From: Octopus sinensis
Taxonomy: Eukaryota
NCBI RefSeq assembly: GCF_006345805.1
Contig: NC_043009.1
Location: 59,210,001-59,274,000 of the forward strand
Direction of reading: 5' to 3'
Length of the DNA: 64,000 bases
Positions 12,929 to 24,530 of the stretch are shown here, one piece after another. How positions within the stretch are numbered: the stretch's first letter is position 1; each line of letters begins with the position of its first letter. The notes under the pieces are model-generated. The model was given only the letters and a program-made list of their open reading frames with translations. It did not search any database and was not told the DNA's origin. A program made the position numbers and the translations under genes.

Positions 12929-13212
12929 TCACCTCTGAAAACATGGCTGTTTCATTGAACACCCTTTAACAACCCTTATTCAAGGACCTTTTGAGCGGGA
13001 TGGATTACTCGACCAGAAGAAAATTCCAGCTGGGCCCCACCTGCAAGGTCACGTGCTGTTTATCTTGATATGAGATCACCATGTCGCACACATATGGTTG
13101 TGATGCATGTGCCTAGTGTACCCTTATCAGACGGGTAGTCATGATGAATATGCTGGCCTTCGTATATTTGTACCTTAGTGTCACTTTGATGCCATGCACT
13201 GGTCTCTCACTC
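12929..13212 (+). mobile_element. 3' end of a non-LTR element (LINE tail or SINE) ending in (AAT)n
   Basis: Unique ~285-bp block preceded by ataataatt and ending ...ctctcactc directly into a long (AAT)n tract. Confidence 0.5.

Positions 13213-13286
<74 letters not shown>
13213..13286. repeat. (AAT)n microsatellite shared by two opposed retroelement 3' ends
   Basis: About 24 perfect AAT units. Confidence 0.95.
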
Positions 13287-13287
<1 letters not shown>

Positions 13288-13530
13288 TTTTATTAGCCTC
13301 AGGAGAGACGAGGAGGAAGACTTCACAAGACAGGCCACGATTTGTGTAGAGATTTATATGAAGGATGGGGAGAAGAAGTGGAAGAAACAATCAAATTCGA
13401 TAAAAGTATACAAAGTATAAAATATATGTGATAGCATGCATCATACAACCTTCCTGACACATGAGAAACACCATCTTGCCCAATCAAGGTGCCCCACTGA
13501 CCCAGGATTACCCTAACCACCGAAAGTATG

Positions 13531-13571
<41 letters not shown>

Positions 13572-14882
13572 ACGCTCTCCAATCAGCAAGTGCATATTTG
13601 GATTAGGGCCTTTCACTCTAACCATTTTATCCACAGTTATTCATCTTTTCACAAATTCATAGGCAGGTAGCACTTACCTCTCCACTCTCACTTTCCTTTC
13701 CAAATGGAACTTAAAATTATTGATGAGAACTTGACCGAAGAGGAACGTGTCTTTCCTCATTCCTTTCAGCTTCGTCCAGTCTACCACGCATCCTCTTTTT
13801 CCATAGCCACTGGACAGAGAAACAACGTCCGCCCTACCTTGTTAAAGATGAGTCGTGAGGCGACTCTCACGATGGGTTTCGGTTAAGAGTCGGATTATCC
13901 CCACACCTGATAACAGCTTTTCGACATAATTTCACAAGTCAGCTATACTTGGACACTGCACGAGTGCATGCAGGACATGCCGCGCCGCCCTTCGCGCATT
14001 TTGGACAGTCATGCCCAACAGTGCTTCCATGTCTGTAGAGTTTATCTTCAATTGGCAGTGGTCCTCGGTAGCACTGCCAGACCAGGAATTTCTGGAAGTT
14101 ACCAATGGTAGTAGCAGGCCCGAAAGTCCTTCCAAATAAACCAGCTAGTTCATTCTCGTCGACGCCTAGAATTTCTCCGGGGACATCAACGCTTTTACCT
14201 ATAACTAGATTTCTAGACATTGCTACCGTAGAACTTCCACCGTCTATATTACCCGACAGGTAGAGTGCAGTGTGCTCCTTTCAACATTCCACGTGTCAGG
14301 CGCTTAATCTCAGTTTTTTCGCGACCCATGATTCCAGCTACACCAAAGAGATGAACTGCAGAGAAGCGTCTCTTACGAACGGAGACCTCACCGGCTCCCT
14401 TTCCAGGAATATCCATAAGAGGCATAGCCGCAGCGCGTGTCTGTGCATTAGCAACCGTGGCATGCCAAGCCCACCATCCAGAGGGCAATAGTAACAGCTA
14501 GGCCGCCTAAGAAGTAGAACATTTTCTTCTACAGGAAACGACAAAGTAAACGCCCCAGTTCAGCCAGACATGGACTGGGGCAAAGCACAATGGTCAGGCG
14601 ATAAGTTATTAAAGAGGCGATGCGCACGTTCGTTTTCTATGCTCTACTGGCCTGGGATAATTTCCTCTTGGCCCATTTCCGAGTGAGACTAATCGCTCTG
14701 CCTGTAACCTCATCACTGTTATTGTTCACGTGCAGATCCAGTCCGAACCAGACACCGAGCAATTTCACTAGTCCGTCTGTCCATCGACCTCCTATGCTGT
14801 TCGTTGGCAAAGTCTTGCCCCTCCTGTCGTCAAACCGCAGGCCTTACCGACTTCTTCGGATTTATCTTAGGTCCTGCCATCG
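13287..14882 (-). mobile_element. 5'-truncated, decayed L1/Tx1-clade LINE (ORF2 RT C-terminus/thumb, CCHC zinc finger, 3'UTR)
   Basis: Minus-strand translation with stops and frameshifts gives AGPKINPKKS, VKLLGVWFG, RKWAKRKLS, GGLGMPRL..RHALRL, WQCYRGPLP..DKLYRHG..CPKC...HALVQCPSIADL. These match Tx1/L1 ORF2 motifs. AATAAA sits just before the (TTA)n tail. Confidence 0.9.
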
Positions 14883-14883
14883 C

Positions 14884-14899
14884 CTAATCATCATCATCG

Positions 14900-14963
<64 letters not shown>

Positions 14964-15480
14964 CATCCTCATCATCATCGTCGTCGTCGTCGTCGTTGTA
15001 GTATTCATGATGATGATGATGATGATGATGACAACGATGATTTTGAGGATAACCATTATGATTACGCTGGTCGTGATGATTGTTATTGATGTTTTCGTTA
15101 TCGGGTGTTGTTGTTGTTGTTGTTGTTGTTTAGTGGTAGTAGTAGTGGTGGTGGTGGTGGTGGCAGCGATGGTGGAGGAGGCGGTGGTGGCGACGAAATT
15201 GTTGATGATTGTGGCTTCAGCTGAGGTTCTGCGATGAATTGTTTTCGCACGCTGGAGGCCAAGAAATGAGCTGTTATCTTTGCTTAACTAATTGAATGTC
15301 TCCATCACTACAAGGCTGATTACTTGTTCTCCTAGTTGCTGCTGTTGTTGTTGCTGCTGTTGCTACTGCTGCTGTTGCTTCTATTGTTCTTGTTGTTGTT
15401 GTTGTTGATGCTGTTGTTATTACTATCGTTGTTGTTGTTGTTGTTGTTATTCTTGTTCAGAATAAAATCTAAATGATATA
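14884..15480. repeat. (CAT)/(GAT)/(TTG)/(GGT) trinucleotide block
   Basis: Directly visible. Confidence 0.9.
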
Positions 15481-15898
15481 TCGCAGAATTACTTAGGGTT
15501 ATAGAGAGGAAACGGAGGCGGGTGGAGGATGGAGATTAAAACAAAGACAGACAGACAAAATAGACAGACTGGCAGACAGTCAGACGAAGAAAGATATATA
15601 TATATATATATATACACATACACACACCAAGCATATAAACTCAGTCAGGCGAAATTTATAACGGATCCGAAATGTTAGCAATTCATAGGACAACAACCTT
15701 TCACTTATAATTCTTCTTAACCTTTTTTCTTTAAGTTCCTCCTTCTCTCTTTCTTCCTCTCTCCCCCTCTCTCTCTCTCTCCTCCTTTCTTTCTCCACTT
15801 TTGTCTCGTTAATATATTCTATGTTTCTGTGAGTGATGTGTTTGTGTGTGTGTGTGTGTGTGTGTGATTTAATATCGCTCCCGTCTTTCTCCATATAT

Positions 15899-15930
<32 letters not shown>

Positions 15931-15933
<3 letters not shown>

Positions 15934-16372
15934 TGTAAAAAAAGAAGTTTGAAAACGCCACTATATTAGATAAATTATAATTTTCTTATGAATTTTACCT
16001 GTTTCGGTTCTTGAAAAAACGAACCTTATCAAAAATATTATACAAAGTGAAAATTGAAAAGTTCATAATCGTTTCTTACTGTTCCCAATAGAATCCATGT
16101 GGTGGTGTTTTGTTGGTAGTTGGTATAATCGCTAAATTCCTGTTGAGTGTATTGAAGAAGTCCATTATTGTTTCTTGCTGGTATTAAAAGGAACCGCTTT
16201 TTTGTTACCTTGTGTTCCAATATGGATTCTATTGAGACCCTTTCTTCTCCATTACACTTTTTATAATATTTTTGATAAGGTTCGTTTTTTCAAGAACCGA
16301 AACATGTAAAATTCATAAGAAAATTAAAATTTATCTAATATAGTGGCATTTTCAAACTTCTTTTTTACAAAT
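15931..16372. mobile_element. Fold-back element: ~118-bp inverted arms, ~205-bp spacer, degenerate hammerhead-like motif in each arm (Penelope-like)
   Basis: 15931-16049 is the reverse complement of 16255-16372 with few mismatches. The arm contains attt-TTGATAA-ggttc..gaacc-GAAA-catg-TA-aaat. Confidence 0.7.
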
Positions 16373-16428
16373 ATATACCCACTCGTATACGATCTACTCT
16401 TATTATAAATATATATATATATATATAT

Positions 16429-16814
16429 ATATTATATTAATTAGAGACAAAACCACTATTATGCAAATCAAACAAAGAAAGACTTAAGCCAATACATAAA
16501 AATTTTATATAAATTAATTATAATTAAATATAATTAGAGTTCATAGTTTATAACTTGCAAAGAAGGTTTTGAAACCACCTGAAGAATGTCTCATAGAAGT
16601 GCTGACACGAAACGATCGTAGTGGTTATTTTAATTATATTTAATTTATATAAATTTTTTTATGTATTGGCTTAAGTCTTTCTTTGTTTGATTTGCATAAT
16701 AGTGGTTTTGTCTCTAATTAATATAATATAATATTTTACTATAAAATTGGATTCAATCCTAAATCTGATTTTTCCCTGTAAATTTGGATTTATTCCCTAT
16801 ATTTAATATTATTT

Positions 16815-16830
<16 letters not shown>
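16429..16830. mobile_element. Penelope-like fold-back element: ~90-bp inverted arms enclosing a hammerhead motif
   Basis: 16429-16518 is the reverse complement of 16641-16728 and is nearly perfect. The hammerhead lies between the arms. Confidence 0.75.
16573..16626 (+). ncRNA. Minimal type I hammerhead ribozyme motif
   Basis: Stem I aaccac/gtggtt; core CTGAAGA (16579-85); stem II tgtc/gaca with an A-C mismatch at the closing pair; GAAA (16609-12); palindromic stem III CGATCG; GUA cleavage triplet ending at 16620. This matches minimal HHRs described in Penelope-like elements. Confidence 0.75.
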
Positions 16831-16849
<19 letters not shown>

Positions 16850-18137
16850 CACAAGTGTCACTACAACAGCTTGACCCTAACTGATCAATGGAGATTAACT
16901 TCTCCGTGTAAAAACCATGTAAGCCATAGAGTTAAAAAATTATGTGAGCCATGGATATAGAACACTGACCAATACACCTAATCTAACACCTGCTTTTCTA
17001 TTAGGTAGTCTGAGACAATCATCAACGAAACATGCGAGCCATGGAGGTTGTACAGTGAATTTATTCCACAATGTAACACCTACTTAATTCCAAGCCTTTT
17101 AAATGCAAGATGGTGAGAGCTCTTGGTAACTACGACAAACGGAATTACAACAAAACCTACTCACATTTCAGTGGCCTGGGGTGTTGATATCCAACCGAGA
17201 TGTGGTCGCTATGGTTACAAAACATATTATGACGCGAAAGACACGAAACCATACAGGCGAAAGACACGAAACTCATCAAGCAGTTTTATGATAGATACTC
17301 CATCGTTCTCTCTTGTCTCAAATATCCATGACTGTGACAAAATGGGAGGAGATACCCATCACCCATACCCTCACAAAAAAAGAAAGACGTAATAGTATTC
17401 GTCTTGGTCGGTTTTATAATAACACTGTTTATGTGCGACTCATCAATATCTTTATATTACCCAGTAAATATAATGTTCTCATTATCTTCTAAAGTCTCTG
17501 CAAATATTAGAGAAGATCAGCGGCAATTGCATTCTGTAGCATATAAAGTTCAAGAAATGTATGTCTGTTACGTGATGCTCACCTAAGTGGTACCATTAAA
17601 CGTTGAAAACTGTTTTTCGCAAAGTGATCAGTCGAGCAATGAATTTGATTTTCGAATTGAATTACATAGTTAAAAAGCTGTTTTCGTCTGGTCTTCCTTG
17701 ATTGCTACATATTCATTTGGTTAAGAGCTTCTCGCAATAATAGAATCACAACTAACATCATCGTGATTACTCTACTATTTCAATTTATTAAGAGCTTCCA
17801 CAAACGAGTATGGCGAACATAACTTCCACATATAACCACGTAACACAGAGATATGCTGTTCTTCTAAACGACATTTAGACAATGGTTATCAGAGTGTCTT
17901 CAAACAATCTTCCGACAATTATTGCTTTGCTCAATTCGGTATTCTGCATTCCTAGCCAACTAACTGCCGTTAACTTGCCAAACTTCTTCCGTTAATCGAA
18001 CAGTTTCAGACGAGTTTCTTATCAATTTGTCATCGATAAGCAAATCGAGTCAGTCGTTTTCTCATGACCAGACGTATCCCCCAACATGTGATCTGGTCTC
18101 ACACGCACATATTCGAGTGCACACTATTCCACACGTG

Positions 18138-18206
<69 letters not shown>

Positions 18207-18396
18207 GCATATATATATGCATATATATATATATATATATATACATACAAGTACATACAGACGCTCACAGTTTCCCTCTCATGCATACACACAGAGATAT
18301 ATACAAAAATATACAGACTACAGATTTTCTTCATATATACATACATACATACATACATAAAATTTGAGACAGATGCCTAAGCGCAAGCATCCCTTC

Positions 18397-18437
<41 letters not shown>

Positions 18438-18769
18438 CACACACACACACACACACACACGGACACTGAAGGAGACAAATACACACGAACGCGGACACAC
18501 ACCCTCGCACGCACGCACATACACGAACATGTATACACACATTCACTGATACAGAACAGACTCACAAAATTGACGTTAATAGTTCTATGTTGAATTTGAC
18601 AATGGCTATTTTCTCCTTCAATCGTGGGTCCTTTCATGAGTGTAACTCTTTAAACCAGAAGTAATTAAAGGAATAAATCGGAGTAACTTGACCGTTACTA
18701 CCTCTGGTTCACCTACCTTATACACTGACTTCGTCAAAAACACCTTGAATAAACCTTTCTATTATAGGA

Positions 18770-19152
18770 ACGAGGCCTGAAATTTTGATCGACCATATTT
18801 TGATCGATTAGATCGACCCCATCACTCAACTGTTACTTAATGTATCGACCCCGAAAGGACGAAAAGCAAAGTTGACCTAGGCGGAATTTCAACTCAGAAC
18901 GTAGCTGCAGAGAAATACCTATTTCTTTACTACCAACAAGTGGCTAAACACAGAGGGGACAAACAAGGACAGACAAACGGATTAAGTCGATTATATCGAT
19001 CCCAGTGCGTAACTGGCACTTATTTAATCGATCCCGAAAGGATGAAACGCAAAGTCGACCTCGGCGGAATTTGAACTCAGAACGTAGCGACAGACGAAAT
19101 ACCGCTAAGCATTTCGCCCGGCTTGCTAACGATTCTGCCAGCTCGCAGCCTT
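18770..19152 (-). mobile_element. SINE family A dimer
   Basis: Head + body + linker + degenerate body. Confidence 0.8.
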
Positions 19153-20035
19153 AATGCCTTGAATAATATCCTGCACGACAATATGACCTTCAGATTGAAG
19201 ATCAATTATTCACATTTCAGAAGATATTTATGCAGGAAATCTTTATGGGAATGATAGGAGGTCTGCATTTCCCCTTTGTTTTTGCTGTGAAGAAAATGAA
19301 ACGAGAGGCAAAAATGGCCTCAGACGACTGAAGCCTAAATACCAACTGCAAGAGGCTGTCGAAAATAATGTCTGTCGGGGTGAGTCTTATAACTGACGTC
19401 ACACATTGTTATTCTTTTCAAACTATGTACAACATCTATTTATGTATTCCAAGACTCGGCTCTCCCACGAGACAGCAGGGCAGTGCAGAAAGGCCACCCT
19501 CATCACAGGCAAGTTATTTTATCTATTCCTTTCCGAGACAAATTTTTGAGACAATAACTATACAGTACTCTTGGCCATACGGTTGATTATCAGCAGATCG
19601 CGCCACCTAACTCTGAGTAGATCATTGCGTTTTTGAAGACAAGGGTAGCAAGGAGTCTCTATGATTCGGTACAGAACAGATAGTGATAGACACTTAGCTA
19701 TTGTCAGGCTGAACTAGTGAAAATGCCGGTTTAGTCACGAACAAATAACAGGTTGTAATGGAGTATATGACTCAAAGTGTGACCTGCTACATGCTTGTGA
19801 TAAGATACACACTAGTGCATTAACTTGTAATGTATAATAAGCTCTGAGCCTGAAGAAGACTACAAGAGAAGCAATCTTCCCTTGAGTCACTATATAACAA
19901 ACAGTTCTCCCATAATATCGCTCGCACTCCATGATAATTGTGCAACAGTTTGATATATATAAATATATCTATCTCTTTCGTTCGGTCTCTTTCTCCCTCC
20001 CTCTGTCTATCTGTATCTCTCTCGTTCTCTCTCTC

Positions 20036-20095
<60 letters not shown>

Positions 20096-20557
20096 TATAT
20101 ATATATGTAATTTTTAAAAGCTTGACTCGGTTTTAGGCAACTTACAGTTTCTCAGGCTTCTAAAAGTAACTCATCTTGTTCAAGCCTAAATTCCGTAATC
20201 TAAGACTGAATGAGCTGGTTTGTTAACTACGATTTTTTTTTAATATTGGTATTTAGAATATTTTAAATCCATTCATTGCTTGGTTACCCGTATTCCTTGA
20301 AATTGCCAGGTGGGTGTGTGCATATAAAACGAAATGTAAGAGTTTGTGCGTTCGTCGAAGCTGCCCAGATTTTAACACCCAACTGGGTCCGTAACCTCAA
20401 CCCTATCACTGTTTCGTATATACACAATTTGCTGCAGGGCACCATTTTTGATCTAGTAGGAATTACCATGACGTAAAATGTGATCTTGTAGCGTTCATGC
20501 ATTTCCTATAACGGATATCGCTAATCTTAGTAAATTCCTGAATTTCTTGTCTTTCAG

Positions 20558-20780
20558 GGGGAGATTTATTATTGCTTGTTTACACTTTTTCGAGATCAGT
20601 GACTTTTCGTCACTGGAAAAACGATATATGTATTTCCATCGGGACCCCTTCGCATCGAAGACCGGTGATTGTCGTGCGCTGACGACGGGTAAATATCCAG
20701 AAACCCGGGTTCGTGTGTATCACGTCAGGTCGACGATGGAAGGATGACTTCCCTTTGCAAATACTGATAGGGCACAGAAA
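20558..20780 (+). other. Candidate non-coding exon
   Basis: Acceptor tttcttgtctttcag| and donor |gtaagt; CpG-rich relative to its flanks; stops in all three frames. Confidence 0.3.
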
Positions 20781-20984
20781 GTAAGTCAATAGCCAGCTGA
20801 AGAAGATGTTCTCCTGGGGCTACAAGCTACAGTAGCATCCACCCGTAGTGGTTAGTCACATTCAAGTGGCAAGTATATTTCACATTGTCGTGCAGCTACT
20901 GTTTACAATTCGTTCAGAGATTTATTATATCTCGATTTAGTTTTATATAAATACACAATATCACCACACAACGTGAATCTTCAG

Positions 20985-21075
20985 ATGGAAACGCTTAAAA
21001 ACTCCAATCCTTCGGTACCACTGGACAAATCTAAGGGTTCTTATGGCATCAGAATTGAGAGCGTCGAGATTGCAC
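20985..21075 (+). other. Candidate exon (91 nt), starts with ATG, open in two frames
   Basis: aatcttcag|ATG GAA ACG ... GCA C|gtatgt, encoding METLKNSNPSVPLDKSKGSYGIRIESVEIA. Confidence 0.3.
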
Positions 21076-21559
21076 GTATGTATTAAGCTAATTTTTCTTT
21101 TAGGAAGATTAATTGATATAATTATTTCTGAAAAGGAAATCAGATTTGCTGTCCTTAATTGACACTGAAAATATTTACCGAGAATTTCATGCGGTTTTTT
21201 CCCTTTTTTCTTTTAATTTTTTTTTTTTTTTTTTGCAAAATGGTTGGAATTTTCGCTTCAGTAAATGTACGTTGCATGGTTAGTTTCTTTCTATGAGACT
21301 TGCTGACGTTGATTAAAAAAAAGGAAAAAAGAATCCTTTTTGGATTGCTTCATACAGGTCCTTTCTTTTATCGGCAAGAACCTATCCATTAGGAAGCTGT
21401 ATAAACGTGCCATACAATGCTTCAAAGTATTTATCTGACTGTCGAAATGGTGAACAAATCTTGCATTTTTAATCAGATTAATCTAATCTACTTCCACTTT
21501 CTTTCGGTCTTTTATCAGAGAATTCCACTTTTGTAATTTGAAGCAATATCTATTCGCAG

Positions 21560-21670
21560 GTGTAACGGTGGCCGTGTTTTCAAAATAGCAAACCTTTTAC
21601 GGCAGCCAGTTAATTCAGCTTCCCGTCTTCTCAATGGGGAATGTCAAATAAATCTTCCTTGATGATACAG
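21560..21670 (+). other. Candidate non-coding exon (111 nt)
   Basis: tctattcgcag| ... gatacag|gtatgt; stops in all frames. Confidence 0.25.
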
Positions 21671-21965
21671 GTATGTTTTTCAATGAATATAGAAGTAGTT
21701 GTCACTCCATCTTCAAATTTTTTGCTCTTTTATAGGCACGGCTCGACAAAGTAAGGAAATGTATGTCTCTTCATGTTTTGTTTTGTCAATTCTGAGAATG
21801 GACAAAAAATAACAGGAGGAGACACGTGGCATGGAAGAGTCACTGAAGAGGTCACAGATGTGTGACGAAGGATTTCCAGACAATGGACAAAATATAAAGC
21901 ATGAATAATAAATGGGTGGAGAGTCAATTAATAGTGCGTGTGTTTATTTCGGAAGAAAACAAAAT

Positions 21966-22205
21966 GACCCATGCATACCAGTCTCCCCTCTCCACGCCAT
22001 AGATGTTATCCAAGGGAAAGGCAAAGGGGACGATACAGCTTGGCACCTGTAATGTTGCAACTCGTTTCTACAGCTGAGTGAACTGGAGCAACGTGAAATA
22101 AAGTGTCTTGCTCAAGAACACAACACGCAGCCCGGTCCGGGATTCGAACTCGCAACCTCACGATCGTAACCTCGACACTCTAACCACTGAGCCATGCGCC
22201 TTCAC
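21966..22205 (-). mobile_element. SINE family B, 3'-truncated
   Basis: gaaggcgcatggctcagtggttagag (A-box), gttcgaatcc (B-box), ttcttgagcaagacactttatttcacgttgctccag. Confidence 0.9.
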
Positions 22206-22216
22206 TATATATACAT

Positions 22217-22291
<75 letters not shown>

Positions 22292-23146
22292 TTAGGGAGG
22301 GAAAGAGAAAGCGAGAGAGAAAGAAACAAGAAACAGAAACAGAAGGAAGGAGTGTGGAAGGGTGATATGTCCTTAATTTGCAGTAACTTACTCATGAAAT
22401 TCGATACGAGGAAAGAATTTTACAAATTGTTATCTATGTTCCCATAACGGTTTCCTTTATGCAAGTCTTTGAGTTGTGAGGGAGCCATATGGAACGAATT
22501 TTAATAAAACTTTTTTTTCGATATGAATCAGAACTTTATTCGGCGTATTATTTCCCACTTCATCAAAAATCGACCTTCTTTTGAAAAGAACATGTTCAAT
22601 GCTGTTAACAGCGCTTGAGGTGGCCGAGTGATCTCCTAAATCTGAACTTCACAAAGTAAAGGTAGTGTATTCCTGTTTTTTGGGGGTTTTTTTCTCTAAT
22701 CCATCTTAAAACTCAGCGACGATAAGAACACCGATAAAATTGACGTTTCAAGTTCCAACATGTGTCTTAGTAATTAGAGGGTGACTACCTCAGTAATGCG
22801 CACAGAATTAATTTTCCTGCCAATAGGAAAAATCTTAAATGCATTGCCGATGATTAATGAGAAACGTTGTTCTTCATTGGAGATTATGGAAGCGGTGCAT
22901 ACCGGATTAATATACTACAGATAATAATGTTGATTGATGGTTCCAGCTGAGATTTGCCCCGTAGTAATCAGAGGGAGGCCATATTAAATATGGTGAGGCA
23001 CGGTTAATTTCTTTCCTTGGAGATTGGGAAAATCATGAGTGCACTGCGGATAATTAACGACAGTGTATTTATATAGGCATATCCGCTTACGTTTGCACAC
23101 GGATATTATATGTGTGTATGTGTGTATAGGGGGTATAAGTGTGTGG

Positions 23147-23177
<31 letters not shown>

Positions 23178-23182
<5 letters not shown>

Positions 23183-23290
23183 ACACGACGGGCTTCTTTC
23201 CCATTCCGTCTAACAAATCTACTCACCAGGCTTTGGTCGGCCCGAAGCTATAGTAGTGGACCCTTGCCCAAGGTTCCACGCAGTGGGACT
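23178..23290 (-). mobile_element. SINE family C fragment
   Basis: acgacgggcttctttc...ccttgcccaaggttccacgcagtgggact. Confidence 0.75.
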
Positions 23291-23380
23291 GATATATATA
23301 TATATATATATATTAAGAGAAACAGAACCAGACATCAAACAGAAAGACAGACGGACAGACAGATAGATAGATAGACAGAC

Positions 23381-23467
<87 letters not shown>

Positions 23468-23496
23468 GGGGGGGAAGAGAGAGTGAGAGAGAGAAA

Positions 23497-23645
23497 TCTG
23501 AACCAACTTTACTGTTTGCCTGTTGTTGATGTGTTTGTTCAGCCAGAGACAGGTCAGTTTTGATCTCAGGTGTTACACCTGTTGCATATAATTTGATAGC
23601 ACAAATCGATAGCATTCTAGTCGTGGAAGATACGTTACAGGTTTT
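23497..23645 (+). repeat. Copy 1 of a diverged ~145-bp direct repeat (copy 2 at 24389-24530)
   Basis: Shared gaaccaact, caggtgttacacctgtt.catataattt.atagca, agcattctag and ggaagata. Confidence 0.7.
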
Positions 23646-23807
23646 GGCTTAAAGCCTCCCCCCTATCTCTCTGTGGATGAATTGAATGACCGGTGAATGT
23701 AAAAACTCGTAGGTACCTGACGAAACATATCATCTGTTACACACACATACACACAGATACAGATACATACATATATATACGCTTGTGTGGATATATATAT
23801 ATATATA

Positions 23808-24065
23808 TTAAAATTATAATTAAGGGTGTCTGAGAGATACCACCACGCTGGAAATAGCAGCCAAAACCTGACTCTAAAACTACATTAAATGTTCATACAG
23901 CACCAGGAGAGAACACAAAGAGAATAATTTTTTACTAGTTTATTTTGTCTCTTTGTCTTCTCTCCCGGTGCTGTATGAGCATTTAATGTGGTTTTAGAGT
24001 CAAGTTTTGGCTGCTATATCTAGCATGGTGGTATCACTTAGATACCCTTAATTTAAAATTATAAT
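23808..24065. repeat. Hairpin element: ~104-bp imperfect arms, 25-nt spacer, flanked by the 13-bp direct repeat ttaaaattataat
   Basis: 23819-23922 versus 23948-24052 are inverted. The direct repeat is at 23808-23820 and 24053-24065. Confidence 0.85.
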
Positions 24066-24157
24066 AATTATTATTACCTTTGAGGTATTTATTCCCATGC
24101 TGGCCACCTGATAAGATCGATATTTTAAACAACGTTGTTATCCTTATATATATATAG

Positions 24158-24205
<48 letters not shown>

Positions 24206-24327
24206 AATTCTGTAAATAATAATTGTAAGCGTTCACCATATTTTGGCTAAAAACATACCCTAGTATTGGGGCATATCGGCCTCCGACGGAAATACATTAT
24301 ACATATATATATATGTAGTGAGAGAGT

Positions 24328-24387
<60 letters not shown>

Positions 24388-24388
24388 G

Positions 24389-24530
24389 ACCGGAACCAAC
24401 TTGACAGCGTTTTGCAGTTAATGTCGTCATTCAGCCATAGAGACATCAGTTTTAATAACAGGTGTTACACCTGTTACATATAATTTAATAGCAGAAACTA
24501 AAGCATTCTAGACCAGGAAGATATGTTTGG
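24389..24530 (+). repeat. Copy 2 of the diverged ~145-bp direct repeat
   Basis: See the copy at 23497. Confidence 0.7.

Noticed and set aside
14620-15237. 205-aa plus-strand ORF
   Set aside because: It is the antisense of the Tx1 ORF2 remnant running into trinucleotide repeats.
22150-22205. tRNA-like sequences in SINE heads (also 30122, 37152, 44370)
   Set aside because: A and B boxes are present, but the acceptor stems do not pair and each continues into a SINE body.
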